DNA of 64,000 bases from the human T2T-CHM13v2.0 reference genome, Homo sapiens (GCF_009914755.1 NC_060942.1), one strand, 5' to 3'. Shown: positions 43,381 to 58,120, numbered from the stretch's first letter. Translations and numbers: made by a program. The notes: generated by a model not told the origin, from the letters alone.

Positions 43381-46300
43381 ACGTTCTAATTCCATTTGAA
43401 TAGTAAGTCTTCCACAACTATAAATCTATGAGTTGAAATAATTTGTTGATGACTTTAATTTCAAAATAAGACACAAGATCACTTACCACTTGAGGACAGA
43501 GATGGAGAGTTAAGATTTGAGAACAGGAAAAAATAGAGAAACGTAGCCCTGAGAAAATCAACCATTATGAAACAACAGAAAACGTGTCAGTTATGTATTA
43601 TCAGACTATATACTTAAAAAGTATTCCATAGAAGGAATTCCACTTCTGATTAGGACGTAGAAAGTTACAACAGAGCATCACTTTCATTCTAATAATCAAA
43701 ACTAGCCAGATAAGCTACAAAATCATGGTCTCTCTGAACCAGAGTTGAGGATACAAAGCAGCCTAAGAAGAACTAAATTCCAAGTGTTGAGCCTTGAGAG
43801 AAGAGAGGCTGCATGGATGGTCTCTTTCCTGGTGGAGCGGCTAGTGAGGAATAATCCTGCCATAAATGAAAGAAAGAAGAAACCAGCCTACATGCACACC
43901 GACATGACATATTAAATTGCAAGGATCCCACAGAGCAAGTGTGCATCCACCCCAACCACTCATCCCCATAGGTTTCCACTAAGTACTTGCAAAAAGTATG
44001 TCAAAGCTTGGGGAACAGGACTGGAAAGCTGAGGGAGATCCCCTAAGGAGCTTAAGATCTCCCATAAATGCAAAAAATCTACCCTCATCAATGGGGGATG
44101 GGGGGAGGGACAGGCAAGAAAGGTGAGAAAAAGATGATCCCAAGAGAGTCTAGACATTGAGCTGCCAAGGGCTGCGGTAGGACAGGAAAGATGAGAAAAC
44201 TTTCACCCAGATACTCAGGACATTGATCTACCGAGGCTGAAATGAGTAGCGAACTTGAAGACAGGGTAGGATTGCTAAAAGAAACCTCTGGAAGGTATTA
44301 ATAGCAGAAAGATGTCTCACTGGGCACAAAAGCTTGGAGGCAGGACTAGAGAAAGAGGGGGTGGGGGGAAAGAAAATAAGAATGACCAAGGAATTGACAG
44401 CTGAGCTATAGAGAAATTTCTCATGGTTCAGAAAGCTGACGGCTCAGCTATAAACCAAAAAGAGATCCAAAATCACACTTGGACAAAACAAGAAATGATG
44501 GACCATTTTCTAAAAGTAAATATTATTTACTTCAATCTCCATTGTTTTTATACAAATGTTCAGCATTCAATCAAAAATTACAAGATACAGGGAGTAGCAA
44601 ACAGTCAAAACATGAATAAAATCAGATAACTATAATAAAAATGCTAAAGAAACTGATGGAAGAGATAGCAACATGAATAATGAAAAAACTTCATCACAGA
44701 TATCAAAGTTACAAAAGAGGATCACAGGAAAACGTTAGAAATGAAAACTATAGTATTAGAAATTAAGGATACCATTAGATGGGCTTAACAGAAATGAGCA
44801 GTGAACTTGAAGACAGGCCAAATTAAAGTATGCAAATTGAAACACAAAGAGGGAAAAAACAGTGTGGGGGGGGGGGGGACTCAGAATATCCAAAACCAAA
44901 TGTCAGTTGGGTTTAATTGGGGTGCCAGAGAAAGATGAAAGACAATGGGGAACAAAAAAATGTATGAAGAGATAATGGCCATAAACTTTTCAAGAGATGA
45001 CAGATATTAATCCACATATGGAAAGAAAACACATTCATGGTCAACCTGCTGAATATTAAAGATAAAAGTAAGGATGAAAGGCCGAGCTAGGATAACAGTT
45101 AAAATCCCTGGGAGTCCTCGATAGAAAGAGAATCTGCACTCATTCACAAGCTCTTTTCCAAGGGCCTCAACTGAGTGCTCTTGAAAAAAGGCAGAAAACG
45201 GAAGAGAGCTCCTTCCTCCCATTTGGTGGCATCTCGTATGAAGCAAATGCCTTCAACTATGACGGGAGAGGCAGGAAAGTCTACCAAACCCAAGGGCAAG
45301 CAAAGATCCCCTGCCTCAAAGGGAAGGGTAGAGCAAAAGACATGTGCTGCTGAGTTGGGGGATTTGTGGAGCAAAACTTACTTGCCCATCTCCCACACAC
45401 AAACATGCCTTTCACTCTGTAACAATAACCACCATATTCTACTGCCACGGGAAGGGAGGAAACATTGCTACCACCAGTCCCAGACAAAGGCACACAGATG
45501 CTGAGGAATGAGAAGCAACAGCTGTCTGATACTGAAAAAGGGACAACAAGCCGGCTTGGGCCCAAGATCCCGTACTAATACACAGCAAAGGTCTGTTACT
45601 ACTAGATGCAAAAATCCTAAACAAAATATTAGCAAATCACATCCAGCAACATAATAGAAAAGGTCATCATCACTAAGTAGGATTTATCCCAAGGAGCAAA
45701 ATTGGTTTAACATTCAAAAATCAAGCACCTCATTTATAGTACAAAGGAGAAAACGCACCTATGATTCTCTCAAATGAGCGAGAAAAAAGGTATCTGAAAA
45801 TGTTAATTCAACACTCATCTATAATTTAAAACTCCCAGCAACACTAGAAAAGAATGTTCTTCAATCTGAAAAGGACATCTATGAAAAACCTAGAGCTAGC
45901 ATATGTCATAAAGAAACATTAAATCTCTCCCTTACAACTGGGAATAAGACAAAGATGTCCACGGTTACCCTTTCTATTCAGTAATGCATTGGATATTGTA
46001 GACAGGACAACTATGCAACAAAGAAAAGATAGACTGGAAAGAAATAAATAAAACTGACTTTATATTCTACAGTGATATGACTGTCTCCATGGAAAAGTGC
46101 ATGGAATCTACAAGTAATCTACTTACTGGAACTAGTAAGTAAATTTAGCAAGGTTTCAAGATAAAGGGTCAAGATTTGGAAAATGAAATTTCAAGAAATA
46201 CGCTTGAAACAACAGATATTTTCTACATATCTAAAGAAAGATACTCAAGATCTCAACACTAAGAATTACAAAATATTGCTAAGAAAAATGAAAAACACTG

Positions 46301-46818
46301 AACAAAGAGAGATCATGTTCATAGACTTGAAGATTCATATTGCTTAAATGTCCATTCTTTCCAATTTGATATATGGATTCAATGTAATCCCTACCAAACT
46401 TCCAGCAGAGTTAAGCAATTCATATGATATAAAATTCATATGGAAACAAAAAAAAAAACTAGAATAACCAAACCATTCTTGAAAAAGAAAACTGGAGGCC
46501 TTACACCACCTTATTTCAAGGCTTACTAAAAAGACTTAGTAATCAAGAGTATAGAGTAGGCATAAGAAAAAAAGATCAGTGGAACAGAACAAGTCTAGAA
46601 ATAGACCCACACATATACAGTCAACTCATTTTCCAGTAAGGCCCAAGGTCAATCTAGTTTTCAACAACTTTTCAACAACATGGAAAATAACAAGCCTCAA
46701 CCACAAGTGCATACCATCTTCAATGGGAAAGCAGAATCTTAAGCTCTTAGAGGAAAACACAGAATACATTCATGACCTTAAAACATAAAAAGCATTAACC
46801 ACAAGAGAAATACAGTTG

Positions 46819-47141
46819 AGCCACGCATGGTGGCTCACACCTGTAATCCCAGCACTTTGGGAGGCCAAAATAGGAGGACTGCTTGAGCTCTAGTGTTCAA
46901 GACCAGCCTGGACAGCATGGCAAGACCCCATCTCTACTAAAAAACAAAAAATACAAAAAAAATAGCTGGGCGTGGTGCCTCCTGTGCTCCCAGTTAGGAG
47001 GCTGAGGTGGGAGGATCATTTGAGCACAGGGGTGCGGAGGCTGCAGTGAGCCAAGATCACTCCATTGCACTCCAGGCTGAGTGGCAGAACAAGACCATGT
47101 CTCAAAAAGAAAAAAAAAGAAATAGAAAAAGAAAAAAAAAA
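46819..47141 (+). mobile_element. AluJ-like
   Basis: Dimer with a long interrupted A tail. TSD-like AAATACAGTTGA/AAATACAGGCTGA. Confidence 0.9.
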
Positions 47142-47143
47142 TA

Positions 47144-47336
47144 CAGGCTGAGCATCACAAATCCGAAAACTGAAATCTAAAATGCTCCAAAATCTGAAAC
47201 TTCTTGAGTACCAACATGACACCCCCAAAAAAACGGTCATTGTACTATACAGCTATAATGCAAATATTCTAAAAATTGGAAAAAATCTGAACCACTTCGG
47301 GTCCCAAGCATTTTGGATAAGGGATACTCAAATCTG
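47144..47336 (+). mobile_element. Tigger4a/MER46-like MITE
   Basis: TA|CAGGCTGAGCATC start; aaatgctccaaaatctgaaactt; gtcccaagcattttggataagggatactcaa end. Confidence 0.82.
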
Positions 47337-47576
47337 TGTATGTAACATAAACCAACAAAATTTAAAAATCACACAAAAAGGTAAGCTCAGCTTTTTTGTT
47401 AAACAGGAAAAGAATAATAGACATGTCATAAAAGACACAGGAGCACATGAAGAGGTATTTAGTATCACCAATCATCAGGAAAACGCAAACTAAAACCATA
47501 ATGCAATACCATTTCACACCATCTAGAATGGTTTAAAATTTTTCTGACACTACTAAATGTTGATGAAGATGTGGAG

Positions 47577-48053
47577 TGTATTAGTATACTACTGCTGCTG
47601 TAACAAATAATCGCAATCACAGCACAAATTTAGCAAAATCAGTTTCAATGAACTACAGTCACAGTGTTGGCAGGACTGATTCCTCCTGGAGTGTCTGAGG
47701 GGAAGTTCGTCCTTGCCTTTTTCAGCTTCTAGTGGTTACCTGTAGTCTTTAGCTTGTGCTCCCTTCCCTTAGCTTGTGCTCTCTCCCCCACCTTCAGAGC
47801 ACATCATTCCAATCTCTGCTTCCATCGTCACACTGCCTTCTCTTCTGTATTCAAATCTCCCTCTATGGCCTTCTAGTAAGAGCTCTTGGCATTACATTTA
47901 AAGCCCACCCAGATAATCCAGGATCATCTCTCCATCTCAAGATCCTTAATTTAATCACATCTGTAAAGTCTCTCTTGCCATATAAAACAACATTCACAGG
48001 TTCTTGGGATTAGAACCTGAATATCTTTGGAGACCATGATTCAGTCTACCACA
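47577..48053 (-). mobile_element. MLT1 solo LTR inserted in L1
   Basis: TGTATTAG...CTACCACA termini. L1 sequence resumes across it (gatgtggag|caactagaac). Confidence 0.85.
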
Positions 48054-48658
48054 TCAAGCAACTAGAACATTCATAAACTGCTGAAATGAAAGTATAAAAT
48101 GGTATATAGCACAATTGGAAAACCGGCAAGTTCCAAAAAGTTAAACATAGATCTACCCTGTATCACACATTCAGGAAAAATAAATACGTATGTCCACAAA
48201 AAGAAACCTGTATAAGAATGTTCATAGTAGCCATGTTAATAATCGCCAAAAACTAAAAACAGCCAAAATATCAAAAGAAAACAAATAATTATAGTGTGCT
48301 CATAAAAAGGAATACTGCTCAGGAACAAATATGAATGAGCTTATACACTCCACAACACGGATCAGTCTCAAAAACATGCTGGGCAAAAGACAAAGAAATA
48401 TAGACTGATTTCATTCATGGCTTCCCACAACAGGCAAAACTAATCTAATGACAAGTCAAGATGACCATCTCAGAGGCACTAAGGAAGAGAAGTGGAAATG
48501 TTTGGACAGAAGCACAAAGTACCTTTCTACGGTGACAAAAGTGTTCTCTATCTTTGTTTTATTCCCTCGCTCCTGTAAATCCACTGTTGAATTCCTGAAT
48601 GTTTTCTATCTTGAGAGGTAATCACACATGAGTACAAGTTACCAAAACTCACAGAACT

Positions 48659-48932
48659 GGCCGAGCCCAGTGGCTCACACCTATAATCCCAGCACTTTGG
48701 GAGGCTGAGGCAGACAGATTGCTTGATTTCTGGAGTTCAAGACCAGTATGAGCAACATGGCGAAACCCTGTCTCTACAAAAAATACAGAAAAAAGTTAGC
48801 CATGTGCATGTCTATACTCCTAGCTACTTGAAAGGATCACTAGAGCCCAGGAGGCAGAGGCTGCAGTGAGCCGAGATCGTGCCACTGCACTCCAGCACCC
48901 TGGGCGAGAGAGTGAGACTCTATCTCAAAAAC
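48659..48932 (+). mobile_element. AluJ-like with right-arm deletions
   Basis: TSD ACTCACAGAACTG (48647-48659, 48933-48945). Confidence 0.9.
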
Positions 48933-49319
48933 ACTCACAGAACTGAACATTTGAAGTCTGTGCATTTTAGCAATGTAAATTACAATTCAAAAAAATTTAA
49001 AAGGTGCCTGGACAAACACATTAAGAAGTTCCTAAATTAAGTTAAATAGACTTCTTTACTGAAGAACTTCTCAAAAGCTTCAACATGCCAATGCACATTA
49101 CAAATTTCAGAAGGGAGGAGGTTGCAAGTGACCAAAGATGTAAGCTTGGAAGTTTCCGTCCACAACATGCAGATAGCCTCTGCAAGTACATGTAGGCAAA
49201 TGTTCGTGGATGGAGGGTGGAAGGGGTATTGTTTTGAGGACAAAAATTGAGAGCCCAAATGACAGCCATCACAAACATACATGAGGCACTGACAAAATGG
49301 TTGTTGTAACAGAGCTATA

Positions 49320-51920
49320 TAATTGACCCGTGGACAACATGGGTTTAAACTGTATAGGTCCATTTATACACAGATTTTATTCAAGAAACATTGCAAAATG
49401 TCTTGGAGATTTGAGACAATCTGAAAAAAACTCATAAACCAGGTAGCCTAGAAACACTGAAAAAAACTAAGAAAAAGGTATGTTATAAAGCATAAAAGAT
49501 ATGTAGATACTACTCTATCATTTACCATCATGAAATACAAAAATCTACTATAAAAAGTTAAAATTTATCAAAACTTACACAAACACAGACCATACATGGA
49601 GCCATTTACAGTTGAGAAATGTAAACATTCAGATGAAGTATTAAATCATTAACTACATAAAATTAACGGTAGTACATACTGTACTACTGTAATAATTTCA
49701 TCGCCACCTCCTGTTGCTATCACGGTGAGCGGAAGTGTTGCGAGTATCCACTGTGTGAGGCTAATCATCTCTGCATGAGCAGTTCTTCTCTCCAGTAAAT
49801 TATCACAGTAAAAAGTGATCTCTCACATTTCTCATGTAATTTTCACCATGTGTAGTGCAATACCATAAGCCTTGACTAATACCATGAGATCCATACGATG
49901 TGCCACTAGTGATGCTGACAGTGCTCCCAAGAAGCAGAGAAAAATCATGACATTACAAGAAAAACTCCAATTGCTTGGTATGTACCACAGACTGAGGTCT
50001 GCAGCTGCAGTTGCCCACCATTTCAAGATAAATGAATCCAGTGTAAGAACTACAGCTAAAAAAAAAAAAAAAAGAAAATTTGTGAAGCTGCCACTGCAGC
50101 TAGGCCAACAGGTGTGAAGATCTTGCACCTTTTGTGAAACAACTTTTGATCTCATATTGAAAATGCAGGTTTTATGTAGGTACAGGATTGCTATAAAGAA
50201 AGGCGTACCTATAGACTATTACATGGTTTGAGAAAAAGCGGAGTCATTATATGACAACTTAAAGCAAAATTAAGGTGAAGGATCTAAAGCTGGAAAATTT
50301 AATGAAATCAAAAGATGGTTGAGAATTTAGAAACAGGCTGGCTTAAAAAATGTCAAGATAACAGGAAAGGAGCTTCTGTCAACCAAAGTAGATGAGTTAG
50401 TTCCTAGGCACCATTAAGAAAATCACTGAGGAGAAAGGGTATCTGCCTGAACGGGTTTTTAATGCAGGCGCAAGTGCTGTATTCTAGGGGAAAAAACTGC
50501 CACAAAGGACATTTATTAGCAAAAAGAGAAACAAGCACCAGATCTGAGGTAGGAAAGGACAGGCTAACTCTACTGTTTTGTGCAAATATGTCCAGGTTTA
50601 TGATCAGCACTGCCCTTCTCTATAAAGCTGCTGACCTCCAATCCTTGAAGGGAAAAGATAAACACCGGCTGCCACAACAAAAAGGCCAGGGCAACCAGAA
50701 CGCTTTTCTCTGGATTCGTTCCATCAATGCTTTGTCCCTGAAGTCAAGTACCCTGCCAGTAAAAGACTGCCTTTTAAAGTTCTTTTGACATTGGACAATG
50801 TCGCTGGTAACCCACAATCCCATGATTCCAACACCAAATATGTCAAAGTGATCTACTTGTCCCTGAACACATTAATAACATCTCTAAATCAGGGAGTCAT
50901 AAGGACCTTTAAGGCTCATTACACACAGTACTCCATGGAAAAGACCGTCAATGTTACAAAAAAGAACTCTGATAGAGTGTCATCAAAGTATGGAAGGATT
51001 ACGCCATGGAAGATGCCATTGCTGTTATAGAAAAAACCATGAAAGCCATCAAGTCCAAAATGATACATTCCTACTAGAGAAAACAGTATCCAGATGTGCC
51101 CGACTTCACAGCATTTACACCAGAGCCTATCGAGGAAATCATAAGAGATTGTGGATATGGAAAAAAAAAAAAAAAAGTGGGGAGTGAAGGGCTTCAAGAG
51201 ATGGATCTTTTTAGAGAAATTCAAGGGCTAACAGACTCCACACATCAGAGGAATTAACAGAAGACGACGTAACAGAGATCAGTGCTTCTAAACTAGCTCC
51301 AGATGATGAGGAAGAAGATGCAGAAGAAGCAGTGCCAGAAAACAAATTGACATAGGACAATCTAGCTATATATAATATAGGGTTCTAATTATTGAAGGCT
51401 GCTTTTGACTTCTTTTATAACACAGATCCTTCCATTACATGGGCACTGAAACTAAAGCAAAAGGTGTAAGGAGGACTGGTACCACACAGAAACATTTTTG
51501 GAGAAATGAAAATGCAAAAAGTCAGGCAAAAATTGCTTATTTTCATAAAGTTACACTGAATGTGCCTGACTCCCAGTCTGCCTCTTCTACCTGTGAGACA
51601 GCATGACCAACCACTCCTCAGCCTACTCAGAGTGAAGACAATGAGGATGAAGACCTTCATGATGATCCACTTCCACTTAGTGAATAGTATATGTATTTTC
51701 TCTTCCTTATGATTTTCTTAGTAGGTTTCTTTTCTCTAGCTTAAAGAATACAGTTTATCATGCATGTGACATGCAAAATATGGGTTAATCAACTGTTTAT
51801 GTATTGGTAAGGCTTCCAGTCAACAGTAGGTCGTAAGTTTTAGGAGAGTCAAAAGTTATACACAGATTCTTCACTGTGCAGGACAGCACCCCAACCACCC
51901 CATTGTTCAAGGGTCAACTG
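49320..51920 (+). mobile_element. Near-full-length Tigger2 (pogo-like) DNA transposon with pseudogenised transposase
   Basis: Left TIR TAATTGACCCGTGGACAAC and right TIR reverse complement CAGTTGACCCTTGAACAAT, with TA on both sides. ORF remnants KKQRKIMTLQEKL...INESSVRT (HTH), KDRLTLLFCAN and LDN...SLNQGVIRTFKAHY (DDE). Confidence 0.92.
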
Positions 51921-52058
51921 TATATTTACTAAAAAAGAAACATTAAATAAAAGCTCAAAAAAGGACTTTAAATTATCAAAAGAATGTTCTCAAAAAAGGT
52001 CCTCAAACTGAGGATATTCAGCCCTTGGTATAATTTGCTAGAAAATAATGGCCATAAC

Positions 52059-52425
<367 letters not shown>

Positions 52426-53914
52426 TCAAGCTCAATTCAGGAGACTGGCCCCAAGGCCTCCCTCCAGGAAGAGGCAACACAGCATGCCAAATTTCATAAA
52501 TTTCATAAATTTGGCCATGTCAACCCTTTTTAGGGATGTATGGAATGCCACATAACAATACTGCATTGGCAACCTTGGGAGTCCAACTAGGGTTCAAACA
52601 CTAAAAATTTGAAAGGAGTCAATAATAGGATTATGTAACTTTCTTTAGCAATATAGTAGAAATGGTGGGAAAGTGAGGTTTGCATAGAATTAGGGAACTG
52701 TAATGCAAATAAAAGAGCAACAGTGAACTTAACAGCCCGGTTAAACTGTCTATAGTGGTAGACCTATAATACGACACATAAATAAGCACTGTAGTATGTA
52801 ACTTGATAAAATAAAGCAAATACACAAAACTCCATCAAACGCATGTAATCATCTACCAACTAATAACCTGGGACTATCAGGCAGCAAAAAGTGTACTTGG
52901 CTACCTTTGGCCCCTGTTGGATTCCTACTCTGTGCCACAAAGTATGCTCTAGAGGAGCCAACTACAGACACCGTAGTATCATGTGACACAGTCTTATCCT
53001 AGCACAGAGAACAGGATTCAACCTTTGGAAGGGAAAGGTGACACTAAAGTTGACACCAGAGCACAAGTATTGAGAGAGATAGTACAGCAGGCAGAAAGTT
53101 CAGCATGTTTTCTAAAGACAGGAAACGTTTTAGGAGAGACGAAAAATTTAGGTTATCACTAAAATACGGTGCACAGGAAGCACTGTGGCAGAAGATGAGG
53201 GGAAAATAAGGCCAGTGCAGATTAAAGAGCTGAAGACAGAAATTACTGCTAATGATAGGAGTATTACTTCATTTATTCCAGTGACAATTTGCATTTTGAA
53301 TGACCTACTGGACGTGCAGTTTAGGGAAAAGGATTGAAACACAACTAATGTGACCGACTACCTAATGTAACTGAGTGGCATGTAATGGTACATTCATCAC
53401 TATTAGGAATGAGGAAAGAGAAGCAACCCTGAAGGCTAAAGGGTCAGTTTTATACATGCCTTTATGTAAGTAACTATGTTCATCACATGGCCAGGAGGCA
53501 GCATAAAATATAGTAGACTCAGGGGAGCTAGCAGTCAGTGTACAAGTAAGAGTGTGTGCCAGAGCTAGGCAGAGACAACTGGTGTCTTGAAGAAAAGCAG
53601 AGCAGCCAATCTCTAGGCTTGGTTTCTGAGGACTGTCCAGGCCTGTTCCAGCTCCACAATTATATCCTCAGAACAAAACCTCTTTTTGAGTTAGCATGAG
53701 TAATCTCTCTGTTCCTTGTGAAAAACTGATAGAAAAAGCAAAATAAAAGAATCTCCCTACAAGTATCTGTATCTTTGGTTCAATTATTCCATTCATAAGA
53801 ATTTAGCCTAAAAAAAGAATAAAAAATGAAACTTCTGTATAAACAGCAAAAAAAAAAAAAAAAAAAAAAGGGATTTCCAGCATTAGGAGGAATGAGAGTA
53901 AACAGTTTCTGTAA

Positions 53915-54209
<295 letters not shown>

Positions 54210-55334
54210 TGTTACACTTTCGTTAGGAGAAATGTTTCTTATGAGTTAAGCTGTATTCCTGGGGATCTAAAAGTTTTCTATAAAACCTTTACAATATTGT
54301 TTCTTCACTGAAATGAAACTAACTTAAGTTTAGGCCTATTCTGGGTCATCTGAATGGCCACATGACCTGGTATTGCCACATGATTTCAGTGTCCCATGTC
54401 TTACAAGAGGAGTTAAAACCATTTTGGAACTAAGTGAACACTTAAAGTTGCCAGCCTTACCTTTGCATGTCTCAGTAACCATGGTTGGCTGACATCTGTC
54501 TAATATCTCCGGAGAATTTTTAAATTATGTAATAAAATAACATTTGTTGTAAGTAATGCTGATAATACATCTTCAATTAGTTAAGCTTTTATTTTAAAAA
54601 CTGAAGCATTTTTAGCCAATATTTTTGAAGTGTAAATAGACTGAATGTAGGCTGACAAGGAACAGATAACAATGTGTTCCAGGTTAAAAACAAATGAAAT
54701 ACAAAAAAGAAAACTAGATTTATAATCAAGTTGCTATCAAAACGTGAATGAGTCATTTACAGAATATACAGATTTCCTTCAATGGTGTGGCAGCAAGTTC
54801 TCTACTGAAATAAATTTTCAACATCTGCAAGAATTGAAATCTAAGTTCAGACACTATTTCTAATTCCAGCAATAAGTGATACTTACATAATGCAGATTTC
54901 AAAAGAACACAAAGACTATCTTTACAGCTGAATAAGTCAGCTTACCAAATGATACCTTAGTAAAATTAGGATTCTACGATTACTCACCGGAAAGTTTCAA
55001 TAAGGTAAGAGGTCTAATTATCCTGAACTTGTAGTAAAGCCTTCAAGTTATTAACTCTATATTATAGTTTGACAAATAGCATTCTCTGCACATTTAATTA
55101 AACAACAGTGCATACTCTTTCCAGAGTCCTCAACTATGTGGTCCTTTTCTTACTGTTTTTATTCTGACATAAACCCTATCACTGAGTATGTATTACAAAA
55201 AAATCTCCAAATCCTTAGAATGACTTTTCATTTTATGTTGTCTTTTGGAACACACAAAGCTGTATTTTAATTAAAAATCTTTTATGCCACAACCTTGCTT
55301 TTCAAAGAAATCTTGCTGTGCCTCTAAATATAGT

Positions 55335-55470
55335 AGGAAACATTTATTGAGTGCTTAAGCCTAAGAGTCCAGTAAGCAAGAATTCCGAATCCTAAGAACC
55401 AACTGGGGTTAGGTACTATTATTTACAAATGAAGAATGTGAGGCACAAATAAATACCCTGACGTAATACA
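55335..55470 (-). mobile_element. MIR fragment
   Basis: aacatttattgagtgctta ... aggtactattatttacaaatgaagaatgtgaggcaca. Confidence 0.7.
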
Positions 55471-57390
55471 GAGAATCCCCTCTAGATATTCTTATGGATG
55501 CTTTAGTTTACTTTTCATATTAAGTTTCTAAAAGAAAGATCAGAAATTTGGTTTTAAGAGGTGAGACAGTGATCTAACCATCTCTCATAAGGACAGCCTG
55601 TGTATTAAAGCTTACCTTTTGCTAAGTCATAATGCCACTTCTGTCGCATAACAAATTCCTACTAAAGGTCTGATCACACGCATTCTGTTATTTGTTCACA
55701 CTTAACATCAATGTAAGAAAATATTAATTACTACTGCTTTCTAGTTAGTCTTGATATTTGTCAGGGTGACCCCCCTTCCTTATTTTTCAGATGTGTAGTA
55801 TTGCTGGTTACTTTAAGTTTAGCATGTTCTACAAAAATCCTATAGGATTTTGATTGGAAGTGCAATGAATTTATATTAGTTTATGGAGAACATATTTATG
55901 ATATCAAGTACTCCGACTATGCAAATGAGTATTTCCATTTATTTATTATCTATTGATAAGTTGCATATTTTCTCCATAAAAAATCTTACATCTTGTCAAA
56001 TTTACTTATTTCTCCAGGTATCTTGGTTTTTATTGTAAATGGGGACTTTAATTACACAAAAATATTACACTCAACACTCATGTACTTTCCATCTAGCTGT
56101 CATATCTTAGCATTTTGCAGTACTTGATCAGACATAAGAAATAAGATACGAATACAGCTAAAGCCCCCTATGTATTCCTCTTTGATAACATTTCCCTCCC
56201 TCTTGCTTCTCAGAGATTATCACTATCCTGATGTTCCCCCATGGTCATTTAACAGTTTTGCTACATATTGTATCCATACAATACAGTTCTGTACATTTTA
56301 TAAATTTATATGAAAGTGTGATACTGTTCAGTCCATGCTGATACATACATAATCCTAAATCCTAGTTCATTCATTTTAGCTGTCACATGGCATTCCATTT
56401 TATGACTAGCACAGTTCACTGTCCATTCACTCTGGATGACTAGTTAGGTTTCCAATTTTCCTCTCTCACAACCTGCTATGAATAGGCTGGTATATATCAT
56501 TTTATACCATGTAAAAGCTCTTCTAGGGCAGAAAATTTCAAACTTTCAAACTTTTTAACCAAAAAAAGTCCCACAGTGAAAAGTACATTTTACATGCAAC
56601 CTAGTATATACACACACACTTTGCTAAAAAAGACATTTCACCATATGCTGCACTCTACAATTTCTCTAAACTGAGGGTCGCGAACCGTGAGTGGGCATGA
56701 AATCAATAATTCTAACAAATGTTTACACTAATGTAACCACAATCCCCAAAAAAACAACATTTCCAGCACCTCAGATGTCTCCCTTACGTTCCTTTTCAGT
56801 CAATCCACCTTCCCCCGTCAGGCAACTACTGACTTCTATTACTATTAATTTTACCTGTTCCAGAAATTCATATAGATGGAATTATACCGTATGTACTCTT
56901 CTGTGTTTTTTAACACCCTTTTGAAAGTTCTCTTGTATTCATTTCCTAAGAATTTTTGTCATGAACAAGTACTAAATGTTATCATATGCTTTCCCGTTGT
57001 CCATCAAAATTATCATATGGCCTTTCTCCTTTAATGTGTTAACATGATGAATTTCATTTACGAGTTTTCTAATGCTTAATCATCCCTACATTCCTGAGAC
57101 AAACCCTAATTAGTCATGGTATTTTTGTTTTGAGTAAATACTAACATTTTACAAACTACAATTTTTATTGCCATGTTCTTTGGTGAGAATGCAGCCTATA
57201 TCCCCTTCTCACACTATCTGGTTGGGGTATCAAGATTATAGTAGCCTTGCAAAATAATTTTTCTGTAACATTTTGTATAAGATTAGAGTTAATCCCTCAC
57301 GTTTGGTTGCACTTGCCCATACGGGGTCTTCATTTGTAGTCTGGTGTTTTGCTTGAGGACTTAAAATTTTACATTGGTACAGGTATATTT

Positions 57391-57677
57391 ATTTATTTAT
57401 TTTGTTTTGTTTTGTTTTGTTTTGAGACAGAGTCTCACTCTGTCGCCCAGGCTGGAGTGCAGTGGCACGATCTTGTCTCACTGCAACCTCTGTCTCCTGG
57501 GCTCTGCCTCAGCCACCTGATTAGCTGGGATTACAGGCGACTGCAACCATGCTTGGCTAATTTTTGTATTTTTGATAGAGATAGGGCTTCACCATGTTGG
57601 CCAGGCTGGTCTCAAACTGCTGACTTCAAGTGATCGCCCACCTTGGCCTCCCAAAGTGGTAGCCACCATGCCCCGCC
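57391..57677 (-). mobile_element. AluS-like with two internal deletions
   Basis: TSD TGGTA(C/T)AGGTATATTT (57375-57390, 57678-57693). Confidence 0.92.
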
Positions 57678-57967
57678 TGGTATAGGTATATTTCTAAACA
57701 TGACTAAGTTTTTAAATCATAATCTAGTGAAGTTTCTAATTCTTATTAAGCCAACTTGGTAATTTGTTTTGCTAGAAATTGTCCACTTTACCTGTTTCCA
57801 AATTTAAAGAAATAAAACTGTTCACAGTATTCTTGCAGTTTTAAAATCTCAGTTTGTCTGCAGTTATACCATCCCTTCATTTCCAATACATTTGTACATT
57901 CTTTTTCTCCTCTATCAGTCTTGGCACTCTTTTCAACTTAGTTACATGCACTAAATCAAAGACACTA

Positions 57968-58120
57968 TTTTTGTTGTTGTCGTTGTTGAGACAGAGTCTC
58001 GCTGACACTATTTTTGTTGTCGTTGTTGAGACGGAGTCTCGCTCTGTCGCCCAGCCTGGAGTGCAGTGGTATGATCTCGGCTCACTGCAACCTCTGCCTC
58101 CTGGGTTCAAGCGATTCCCC
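57968..58120 (-). mobile_element. Alu 3' fragment with duplicated tail junction
   Basis: Right-arm sequence ends abruptly at gcgattcccc. Confidence 0.88.

Larger units (their letters stand above)
43635..49000 (+). mobile_element. Fragmented old L1 (5' region, ORF1, ORF2, 3' end) hosting later insertions
   Basis: gatgcaaaaatcctaaacaaaatattagcaaat; atcaccaatcatcaggaaaacgcaaactaaaaccataatg; 3'UTR-like end near 48990. Confidence 0.8.

Noticed and set aside
44148-44155. Perfect SMAD-binding palindrome GTCTAGAC as an autoregulatory site
   Set aside because: A given 8-mer is expected about once per 64 kb; it is isolated and inside a repeat.
44866-44878. G13 run as a functional G-quadruplex
   Set aside because: Homopolymer inside decayed L1, with no contextual support.
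45007-45624. Cluster of overlapping ORFs including a basic 109-aa one
   Set aside because: GC-richer insert within the fragmented L1, resembling an old L1 5' region. Open frames on both strands reflect composition.
54748-54756. AP-1 site ATGAGTCAT
   Set aside because: Single short motif with no supporting cluster.
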